DNA from: Laetmonice hystrix | Taxonomy: Eukaryota | Direction of reading: 5' to 3' | Length of the DNA stretch: 64,000 bases | NCBI GenBank assembly: GCA_965235115.1 | Contig: OZ249439.1 | Span: 20,894,001 to 20,958,000, forward strand | Shown: positions 10,619 to 22,600 of the stretch, piece by piece | Layout of the letters: each line of letters starts with the position of its first letter | How positions within the stretch are numbered: the stretch's first letter is position 1 | Position numbers and translations under genes: made by a program | Notes under the pieces: generated by a model | The model's input: only the letters and a program-made list of their open reading frames with translations | The model's database searches: none | Told to the model about the DNA's origin: nothing

Positions 10619-13600
10619 GTGAGAACGGCTTCTTTGTTACTGTCACGTCCGGACACGTATAAAGAGGATTAAAAAGCTATCACAACTTAGTTATGGATCT
10701 TGGTATACCGTATTCAATGGATGGATAAACTGATGAGGAACTAAATAAAAATGATTAATCCAATGACTGAACATTCACTTCTTATTTGCCTTAAAAAATT
10801 GTGGCCTGCAATAATTTGGTACATGTACATGTTTCTTTTTACTTCACAGCCGTGTTTCTCATCCCGTATCTCGTGTTCCTCGCGCTGTGCGGAATGCCGT
10901 TGTTTTTCCTGGAGGTCTCCTACGGCCAATTCGCCTCCCTCAGTCCCATCACTGTCTGGCGCATCTCGCCGCTCTTCAAAGGTAATTATAGTGCTATATT
11001 TGCTATAATAGTCTTGTTATGTTGTTCGTAGTTTAGCAGGTGTCCTTGATTACACAAGACAAGACGTATTAAAGACTGTAAACGTTATCAGTTGTTGATT
11101 GTTTTGTTGCTGCTGCTCTTCCTCAGGCATCGGTTACGGCATGGTGATCATATCAGGGATAGTTTGTATCTACTACAACGTCATCGTCACGTGGACCTTG
11201 TATTACCTCTTCAAATCTTTCTCTGCCCACCTGCCCTGGGCTTCGTGTAACAACGAGTGGAACACGGAGGATTGTGCCCGCCCCACGACAAATGACGTCA
11301 TCAACGGCACCTTGGGAAACGTGACTAATGACGTCACCAACGGCACATATAGTTACCTTGCTAACGGTACCTTGAGTCTCAACTCCAGTTACTCGGTGAA
11401 CGAGTCCCTTGCCCTGGCAGTGAATGCCACCCTGAGGAAGCGAACTCCCAGTGAAGAATATTGGCAGTAAGTTGTCGTGATTCTTGCAGAAGGTTTATAC
11501 AGTTATGGCGTTCTTACAGTATTTAGAGTAAGGGAGGTGTTTTAGGCCTCCGTATAGGCTACCACACGCGTGAGGTTATGTGTCATTATTACGGGAGATG
11601 GTTTACCACCATGTTTATTTATATCCAATTGAAATGTTTCAGGAACCATGTCCTTGACATCTCCGCGGGAATCGAACAGATGGGTGATGTTCGTTTGGAA
11701 TTGCTTGGCTGTCTGGCTCTGGCTTGGGTCGTTGTCTTCCTCTGTCTCTGCAAAGGAGTGAAATCATCAGGCAGGGTAAGTCGGAGTTAGATTACCTCCT
11801 GGTGAGAAATATTTAAGTCATCAGGCAGGGTAAGTCGGAGTTAGATTACCTCTTGGTGAGAAATATTTAAGTCATCAGACAGGGTAAGTCGGAGTTAGAT
11901 TACCTCCTGGTGAGAAATATTCAAGTCATCAGGCAGGGTAAGTCGGAGTTAGATTACCTCCTGGTGAGAAATATTCAAGTCATCAGGCAGGGTAAGTCGG
12001 AGTTAGATTACCTCCTGGTGAGAAATATTCACATCATCCACGTGACAGCAGTAAAAGTTGCAGATCCCCAGAGCCCAAGTCAATTAAAATATCCCACGTC
12101 AATCCGGAATATAGAGTCTAGGATTTACTTGACCTATAAGTAAAATATCCTGTTTTCTATTAAGACGGATATCCTGGAAACTTTGCCCCAGGCGCAGACA
12201 ATTTTTATATCTATCAAAGATAAATTATTCAGCGGGGCATGTGTCCGTAAGGCCATTATACTTCTATCGATTTTAAAAGCCAATGTTAAATAATCACTCG
12301 GGGCAACTGCCCCTTAGCTCCCCACCCCGTGCTAGGTAGGGGTTAATAATTAATAAGATCAGGCTCCACTGAGTGACCCCATCTTGAATTAGACGTACAG
12401 GCACACACGCAATCATGGCGTTTTACTATTCTCAGACAGCTGCTGCAGCACAACAGGACCAGACTAATTGTAGCGACGAGTCTATGCCTATACTCTTCAC
12501 TGGCTGAAATGCGTGTATTGGGTGGCTGGGAGAAACTGATTATTTTTTATATAGACCTAATGAACTCTCATGAAACATGCACATTGTAGGACCATATGTA
12601 GAGGCCCTCTCGTCTACAAGATGTATCTCACCATTCTCCCCCCTCTCTCCCCAGGTGGTGTACTTCACGGCCACCTTCCCATACGTCGTCCTCTTTATTC
12701 TACTCATCCGAGGAGTGACCCTGCCTGGTGCTCTCAGCGGAATCAAATTCTACGTTATCCCAAAGTGGGAGAAGTTGCTGGAGATTAGGGTAAGTTTTCA
12801 CTTTCATCGAGTCGTAGGACAGCTGCTGAAAATTTTATTTATTCTTTTTTTTCTGTTTTCGTTTTGTAGAATATTTAAGATATTCTTCATTTGCGGAGTT
12901 TTAGTCCTTCTGTTGTTTGACTTATTCGTGTTAGGCCTATCTCAATAATCACACCCAAATTTTATACATTTTTGAGTTTTTTGTTGTTGACGATTTTGAA
13001 AGAATGCGCATAGACTCTATAGACTCTATCTTCATTTTGGATAGAAGATGTACAGAAGTACGCCTATAGGCCATCTAGGCAGTTTTCATAATGTTTCTAT
13101 AACGAAATTGATAACGTGAATTGTGAGCTATATTATGTTTACTGCATCCCACAAAATAGTTTGGTATAGGGGGTATATCTAACCTATACCAAACTAAACA
13201 GCCTGGGACCTTTGAGCCCTCTGGCAAATAGCACGACGTTTTCAGTGGAAGCTATGCGTGGTTTTCACAAAGAATGAGTCATCTTCATTGTTCATTGTTC
13301 GATATGAACGCAATCACCATCATGCACTGGCGTCGGGATGGGTGGGCTGTAGGCCTACGCTATCTCAGAAATTTTCCAAATGCAAATATTAGTGCAGAGT
13401 AATATATTTTCATTTATTGGCCATGCACTGCCCACTTTCGGAACTATTACGGTGGGCATAGAATTGAATTTGTTTACATATTTTACCTCCGATTTTCAAA
13501 CTATTTTGGAATAAAATTCATCAAAAAGAGCTAAATAAAAGGTCCTTTGGTGTGCCGACGTTGTATTGTTTATTGGGTGGGACAGGCACGTGGCGTTCCC

Positions 13601-16600
13601 ACATTTTGTTTCGTATTTAAATGGGCTGATTATTGCCAGGCCATCTGGCTGTGTCCCGGTAAGGTGACTGTCCTGTGCCAGCCAACCGTCTAGCTCAGAC
13701 AGCGGCGCACCTTACATCAGTGCCCGTATTGATTGGTCGAGACCCAGCGGTGACGAGTCGGGTCTGCAGTCTGCTTGCACCAACCGGCCCTCCCACCCTC
13801 CCGCCCGGCAGCCAGCCGCCATCATGGCTCTGTCCATGCAGCAGCGCCCCTCGCGGCAGACGCGGTCTACTATTAGTAAAGACGGGCGTGATGGAAATTT
13901 CCTCTCTGAGATCTGTTTAACATGATTCTCCAGCCGGCCTTGTGGTTACACGCTCTCGGAATGCATGTTGGCATTTCGGTGTTTATCTTCACTGAGTGAT
14001 GTATCAAATAGGCCTACGTACGTTAAATATTACAAATCAATCGACATAGGCCTAGTCTATAGGCCTATCTGCAGATTATTTAGGCCTATGTTTTCCATGA
14101 GATAGAGCGTGGCGAGAAGAGAAGTTTATTGACGGCCGAAGATCGTCATTGAAAACTGATAGACTACCTAAAAAAATAACCCTACTCATAGCATACGTCG
14201 TATAGACTCTAGGCAGCTTGAATTTTTCCATAATAATAGGACAATAATAAATAGGCCTAGATCTACTCTTATCATAATTAAAGGGGTAGAGTCTGCAATT
14301 GGAATTCGAACGGCTTTTGAATCTTTTGTGAGGCGTTCTAGAGTTGATGCAAAACATAACAAATTTTGGGTGAAAACCGTTGTTTGGCCAAGAAATGGCA
14401 TACCTTTCAATTTGGGGCCACGACCCCTCAGCAATTGTTAACTATAGGCCTACTGAATTTCGGTGTACCCCGAAATTCACTTTGGGGCTGCCTGTGGCTT
14501 GATTAAAGCCAGTCAACGCTATTTTCAGGGAAGAAATATCGATTTCGGACATCTTTACGCTATCATATTAGAAACATGCAAAGTCGGTGTGCCCCTTTAA
14601 GAAATCATTTTGAAGCAGATAGTGATGCATGTAACAACTTCCACCGTAGACTCTAATGCACGATATAAATCTAGGCTTGCCCGATGTATTTTTTGGGAGG
14701 GGGGTCGAGGTTCCTCCGACCTTTTTTTTCACTCTCAAGTGTTCCTCAGTTTGTCCCTTGTAGAACCCCCTCTCCTCCCCATTTTTGTATATGAACTTTT
14801 TTTTGCCAGTTTTCCCTGTTGGAACCCTTTTCAAAATTCTGTATCCGCCCAAGGAATATGGGCCTACGCCCGTTGAAACACAAACATAAATAGCATTAAT
14901 ATACTGCCCAAGGAGGTCAAGGAACATGTTGCAAAGTTGGTCTATTATTTGATGAAATCTACGTTGTTATTTTACTGTCGAATGTAATCTTACATTATAG
15001 TTCATAACGTCTTTATTTGCGCCAGAAGGGATTTGGCAGATCATAATCGTCTCCTTTTGAACTGGAGGTTGGTAAGGTCGACTCCTGCCATGGCCCCCGG
15101 GGTTCTGGGCGCGTCAATGCCAAATAATTTGAGGATACCTGAGCTGGTTTGGGGGTGGGGGTGGGTGGGGTGCTGGGCAGGGATGCGGTTAGAGGTCGTA
15201 GGGTACGCATTTTACTATAGTTGCCGACTAAAGCTTAAAAAATTCCAAACGTTATATGGTATGCGTATATGCCTATGTACCAGGTTCCGGTATACAAAGG
15301 GCCATTTAGATAAATCTAAAAAAAAACCATGTAACCGACCAGGGACATTATGTTGGAGCAGATTATGTCTGAGCCAGGACCCTCCCCACCCTAACCCACC
15401 CCCTAGCCTGCCGTCCACTGATCATGTCGAAGCCAAGAGCTCACTTCCTGCACACCGTCCCCGTCTCGTTTCAGGTGTGGTTTGAAGCAGCCATGCAGAT
15501 TTTCTACAGCGTTGGTGCCGCCTGGGGGGCGCTGATCACAATGGCCAGCTACAACCGGTTCCACCACGACTGCTACAGGTATGTTGTCATGACAACCATG
15601 CGCAGTCCTTGAGGTGACAGCTACGAATTATGAATGTTTTTTGTGATTAGATACCACACTCGTTTCACAATGATCTGGAACCGCTATTATATTGATTATC
15701 CTCGTAAACATAAATCTAGCACATAACCGTAGGGCACTTTAAGCTACTTTAATATCCTAGCAACTCGTACACCAATATCTCCACTATCCAATAACCATGC
15801 CCATGTGTCATTCTGCTGGTCCAATATGTCCCTTTTAAAATGCGTGTCACGTTTATAGATTTATAACAAAACTTGCACCAAGTAGGCCAACCTTTTTTCG
15901 TCAGATGCACATCAGTAGGTCTATTATATAGAATGATACCAGCTAAAGCCTGACATACATTTCAGAGATGCAAAGATCGTGCCACTTCTGAACTGTGCTA
16001 CTTCCATCTTCGCCGGCTTTGTCATCTTCTCCATCATCGGCTTCATGGCTCACGAAACAGGCTCGAGCATAGAAGAGGTTGTTACCCAAGGTATAGACAC
16101 GTCTTCCGGTTATACTATGGACCCATATTCACCCTTTTCCTCATGGCCTAAATAGTTTAGATAGTTTGCTTCTTGGAATCGATGAACAATTAATGAGCCC
16201 ACGTATTGTGTTTGAGCTATAATGTGTTGTGTTTGCTGCAGGACCAGGCCTTGTGTTCGTTGTCTACCCGGAGGCCGTGGCCAGGATGCCCATCTCCCCA
16301 CTCTGGGCCGTCCTATTCTTCCTCATGCTCTTCACCATCGGTTTGGACAGTCAGGTGAGGGAGCATTCTTGTTGAGAGTACATAGATTCTCGGTCTGCAG
16401 CAGTGCCATCAGGTGGAGGGGTACCCGGCAATGGCTTATGCTACGAAATACTTCCCCGCTAACTTAGAATTTACTTTGGTCACGCAAATATAGCGTTACG
16501 ATTCCATCGAACTTCTGGTATTTTTCAGTCAAAAATAGTCCGGAGACGTTTCGAGTACCATTTCGATAAAGGTCTCTCCTTCGTACAATTCGTCAGTGAT

Positions 16601-19600
16601 GAGTTAAAGAATATAAAGAAGAGTAACAATGAAGCATAGTGGTAAAAAGAAACGATGGTAAATGCGTTACAAAAAGACTTGGTAATGATAGATGTGTTCT
16701 GATTGTGTGTTAAGTCTTGCTGTTTTTAGATCCTTAACGTTATTATAGCGCAGATAAAATCATTAGCCAGTAAAAAATGTCATTTCTTCACGATATGCCA
16801 TAGAATACCAGACTAAATAATATATTCTTGGTATTTCTGTGGGTTTAAGTGAGCCAGGGCTAAGATTACCGATGGGATATGTGTTGGCAAAACTTTATTT
16901 GGGGGGGGGGGATAGTTGATGCATTCGCTCCTTGTGTGTCATCTTGAAGAAATGACGAGTGTGCCATAATTTGCGCTATAATTTGTAAAGACAAATGTAT
17001 GACAAGATAGTAAGGCAAAATGGCGATAATTGTTTATCAATATATTGATATCGTACTGTTCTGATTTTTTTCGATAAGCTTGGTTAATTTGAGTAAAGAT
17101 AAACTATGAAACTATACTGGAGCCATTAAAACGTGTTGTCATACAGTATGTCCGGGACCTGAATTCAGGAGACTTAGGAAAAAATTAGCACTCACTATCA
17201 AATATCATTCAAAATTCCCAAATTGTGTTTGGACCCACAGAGTGAGGGAGGTATTTCTTAGTATCAAACCGTTGCGCTCACAGGCATATTTGGTTCTTTC
17301 TTATGTCGTAATGTCATTCAGTTCGGAGAGCAACCAAAAAGGTTAGCAGAATTAATATATCAGGCAGTAAGGACGTGACATTTGTGATGCATAGTTAGCA
17401 AGGAAACAATATGCTGTAAGTGCAAGACATTGAAAGTACCATCTAAATTTAGTAGAACGTAACTTTTATTTAATGTTAAGAGTTTTGTGATTGCTTATCC
17501 CACTACGTATTCAAATTTGTTATTGGTAATGAAAAAGAAACATTGCTGAAAACAGCAACTGATAACCTCGAGCTCATTTCGGACAATTAAGTATTAAATG
17601 ATGAGATGGAAGGAATAGGAAGGTTGTAACTTTATAAACAGGAGGGTTCAAATTACCCAAGAAAAGTTTCTTGTTTAAAAGAACTTCATTTTCGTTCCCC
17701 CCTTTCCCACTTGGTGGCACTGCATACTGTTGAAGTGTATGTGACAGTCGGCTTGGCTTGGTACCTGGAGTTAATGTTCGCCTTTTAACCTCAAAGAGAC
17801 AGTTCAAATTAAAAAATATGTGCCTGTACATTTGAATCCTGCTCTATTTTTATGAATATACATATATTTTGTTTATAAACGTACATAAAAAAATGGTTGC
17901 TTAAATACTCCTAAGCACAGTCAAAAGAAGAATTGAAATGCATTTGTTGCTTTTCTTTTCGGTTTTTCTACAATACAACTAGCACCTTTATGAGTAATTA
18001 GATGGAATATTCTTAGTACTCACTGTTGGTACCAAGCTAGGACCTGTCATATGATGGCATGTCTATCAACTTTAAGATGGTTGTAATCTTGGGCCCTCTG
18101 GAAGTTCGCTCGACCAAAGAAAATGTTCAGCTTTTTTTATTCATTCTGTGTATTTTATTCATTTATATCTCATGGAAAATCGAATTCCACAAAATAAATG
18201 AAATATTCGGTGCTTTATTGAAGTTGCCATCCATGAGCAGTAGATGTCTGTATTCTAAACATTAAAACCTAAACATCGTTCAAAGGTGTATCTAACAATT
18301 TAGGCATCAGTTGATTTCTTGAGGGCCCATGTTATTGTTCGTAATAATACTGCCTTTATTATGTCTAACGTAACCATTCCTTCCCAGTATCTCTTCTAGC
18401 TAAACAAGCAATGCTGGTTCAAAAACAAACACAAATTCCACGCGAGTTTATTGCGAATAGTTCCAATTTTGGATGTTTCTTTAAACTCCATTCTGTGATA
18501 TTGGCGCACAGTTCCCGCGTTGTATGGCTCGTATCAGACAGAGAGAGGGAGTGAGAGAGAGTGTGTGAGAGAGAGGCCTATGTGAGGTCGGCAGGTATAA
18601 CTGTGATGACAAGTGTACCTGTTGAAAGGTGTCAGATGTGATCAGTGAACAACTGGTGAATGGTTGCGAGGATGTAGCAGCTGGATTCACGGTCGCTAGT
18701 AGCATTCTGCTTTTTCATAATTCTCTAAAATGATGAACATTGAATATTATTTGAGCAAATTTTTCAAGCTAAAATCACGACTCGATTCTGCATCGATGCA
18801 TGCAGTGCTAAGGGTAAGCACCTTAAGCCCAGCTAGCATCATACTCCATCCATTGTGTAAGGTGGAGGAAGGCGCATAGTCGAACCATCTACCAGGTACA
18901 TGTATACGTAAGGCTACTTACAAGGACAGGTTCCTTGATTGAACTAGTTCCTACATCTCTAAACTGTTTGCGGCTAGTCGTGGTAGGCCTAACGTAATAA
19001 TGTCGAATATAATGACAAGGTGGACGAAGACCTGAAAGGTCATGGGGGTGAGAATTTTAGGTAACCTGCTTTGAAAATTGAGCCTTTTACACATTTACCG
19101 ATCTATTACGCTACATATCACCAAGCCTTTCTATACATCGATGCTTTGACTATGCTTCTTTCAACGTGTCCTTAGTATGCCAAGTCAGGCTAAGTATCCT
19201 GAGAGTAAACTGTTCGATGAAGATGTCTGCACATGGTGTGACAATAAGAGGTAATGTCGCTATTTCCATTTTAGTATTACGGATATTTAGAACCGGAAGC
19301 CCGTTAATAACCTTGAAAGGGAATATGAAAACATGTTTTTCTAAAGATTGCATACAATATATTTGATATAAAAGACAAATTACAAGTCCAATAGCAAAGA
19401 AAAAGCGGGGACAGTTCAACTGCATAGCAACATTGCCTCACGAACTTCTTTCAGGAACTGACGATTATGAAAAGGTTCAGGTAACATTGGCATCGAGAAA
19501 GTAAAACTTGGATTCTACACGGCATACCAGTTTTGGTTGGGCTGATGAGCAGAGCATATACAATACGGGAATTCTATAATGATTATCAAAAGAACAAAAT

Positions 19601-22600
19601 TCTGTTGAAGAAAAAAAATTCTGTTGAACTACACGACTGGTTTATGGATCTATGAAACAGCATTGCACATTATAGAGAAATCTGAACGCGATCTGTATGG
19701 ACTAAAGGGTATGTGACGAAAGCGTTGACTGGTCGTTCAGCATGCGTGCTGGGGGAGCATTGGGGCAGGGTAAAGTCGTGGTGCACGAATAGGCAGGTCA
19801 GGTAGGAAAAGGGCTCTCTTCATATACATACATATGTTTCTATATACATTCAAAGTGGTTGGTGTATGTCTCTTAGTGAAACCCTTTGTGATTCATCAGA
19901 TAATTATGCTTATTTAATGTTGCTATGAACTCGGAATCGAAGGGTGCGGAAGTGGAGGAGGGGGAGGAAGGGAGGGAGGGAGGGAGGGAGGAGGAGGAGG
20001 AGGTGTTAATTTTGGTACGGTAATAGCAATAAGAGGTGGGATATATTGACGTCAACATAATTGTTTAGAATCCTATGTTGGTAAAGTGCTGTGGTTTAGA
20101 AACACAAGGGTGTCCGTCCAAGGTTATGATGATCGCAACAAAGCAGAAACTCCACCCTCACATTTTTTGAGCTTTCTTAAATCAGAATGACTTTTTCAGT
20201 GCTACTACATATAGTAACTAATGCTCAGCTTTTAAACAGCAGTTCTCTGCATGGGTTTGAATGTCCTTTGATTGATGTTTAGCATCATCGTGTGTAGGAA
20301 CCATTATGGCCGATACCACTAAACGTTAGGCACATCAATTTGCTGTTCCTCTTGCCATCGTCCTTCAGTCACGTATTGCGTTAAGTTCTCTATTCTAATG
20401 AACTTTAGCCTTTCCGTTATACCTCTTTCTAGACTAGTTGCAAAATTTCCAAATGCTTGCTACCTTTAGCCGCGACTGTCGAATGTGGCTCACACCCCTT
20501 TGCAAGGTCAATAATATTGCTTTGATAATCCACTACAGTCACTTTAGTGCTGAATTTGATTTGAGTTTTATCTTTTACAAAATGAACATCCTTTGATCTC
20601 TGCATTACCTTCACATTGCGCAGCTGGTAGGGAGAGCCCTTTTTCTCTTATTGAATTAGCATCAAGTGTAATGTTTTACACGACCTCCACAGATATTCTA
20701 CCTCAAAGAAACGAAGCGATATCCGTAGTGATGGGAGGTGGCCAGTTGACGACTTCTGCCACTATTTCACACGCTTGGAATACCTACAGCGGTGGTTAAT
20801 AGGGTCATTAAGCCGTGACTTACATATTCAGGCTATTGTAGCGCGAATGGCTAAGCTCTACAGGCTGGCCTGGACCTAGTCAGTGAAATACACGCCATGT
20901 CGGCAGTTTAAATCTCACTTTCACAACGAAAAAGGGTTGAAACTACAAGAGTGCAGATACGCACAGAAGAGTCTGGTAAAATGTACACAGTGCAGTCGCT
21001 GTTGTGTTTCGCACACTCTTAGAAATTATCAAAAGGATCCTGTTAACAGTCCTACGTGAGAACGGTGTAAATTAGGCAAAGTTACTAACGGAATAACATG
21101 CTAAATACAGTTTTGGGCGTTGGAAGATATACTGAGGCAAGGGCATAGATCTTTCAATTTGACAGACATTGGCCAGTTTGACATTCCCCGGAAAGTATTG
21201 ATCTTCCAGCCTAAACAGGACTTGGGCCTGTTCTTAAGTGCAAAGAACACATGTTTAGCTGTCTCCACATACAATTGTCACATCCGATTTGAAGAAGTAA
21301 CAGGATCCCTTTGATTCACACAGAAGAAAACAGGGAGAGGTTACAAAAAGCGTAATAGACGTTGAAACCCTGCGCGCCATCTAGCGAGGGCAGGACACAG
21401 CACGGTGCTGGATTGACGTACAACCATTTCCGGTCAATAGTCAGGTTGGAGAGACAGCTAGACGTTCGGGGACACTTCCACTGAAAGTGTCTTCGTAACC
21501 AGTGGCAATAAGAGAGGCCGAATAAATCTTAATTTAGATCTCAACTAATTAAACACAGATTTTCCTGTTCCAAAGAACGATTTTCGTCATGTTATTTAAG
21601 GGTCGTATTAACTTTGCCAACTTCGTGAGAAGTATGGATACAGAGATATGAAAATATCCAGACTGGGTTTTGTGAGGGGCAGGGATTGGTGAGGCCAAGG
21701 CCTGCTGGGGAATGGGTAAGATCTGTCTATTTTGCTGCTGTCATGTGTTGACTGAGTAAAGTGTTTTGTTGTTTACCTTCAAGGATGGTGGTGGCAGCGG
21801 TGGCGTCCTCTTCACTGGGAGACGGCGCATTCCCACACTCCGCTATAATAGGTTTTGTTCTAAGCTCTCTCATATAAATACCATGGTTAATGTATACATA
21901 TAGCCTACTCATCATCATACACACAGCTTTCTTTTCATATTTTTTATGCATTATACGGTATCCATATATAGTTCAGTACTATACCTGTCACGCCAAGAAC
22001 GCCATGGCGGTGCATTGTGTCACTAAGTACAGAAGCAGAGGTTCATCGACCCTAGAAAATCTTTTTTCGGTATTCATTGTAAGTCCGAATTGTTGGAAAT
22101 AATATCTCCTAAACGCTTGATTCGCTAAAGCCAACTGAGCGCAACATCAAATTTGCTATGTTATGTTTGTTTTGAAATGAACGGGATGTGATGCCAAACG
22201 AGCATCTTCGTGACGCATCATGTACTGTACAGGACTGGTCTGGCCAGCGTTACTGTATTGGAATCGCAATCTCTGGGCTCTTTCTCTTGCCATCTGTATA
22301 AGGCGAACAGCTCAATTGTTAATGGCAGAAGAAAGGAGGCGCCACATATTGCTGCAAATTGATCTGTAAATACATCAAAGAACTTTTTTCACTTAATGTG
22401 ATGTTGTGGCAGCAGTTGGCTTTTAAGTCCAGAAGTAAAATATAATGAAATCTGTTTTTAAAAATGCCCGAACGTAATGAAAATACTCAGTTGCCTTAGC
22501 CGAGATAAACGAGTTTTTTTCTTGGGTCTATCCATGTTTGCTGTATGTAATGTGTTGCACAGTCCGTACTGCCACAGTCGTGAACCTTATAGTTGGGAAA

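Noticed and set aside
10378-10656. Minus-strand ORFs overlapping SLC6 exons (also 40400-40588, 47297-47548, 50693-51010, 58760-58972, 60105-60344)
   Set aside because: Antisense shadows of real coding exons; their mutual similarity simply mirrors the A/B paralogy.
21012-21314. CACTCTTAGAA-type element end and aaaggatcctgttaac inverted repeat
   Set aside because: The matching terminus is too degenerate to define boundaries.
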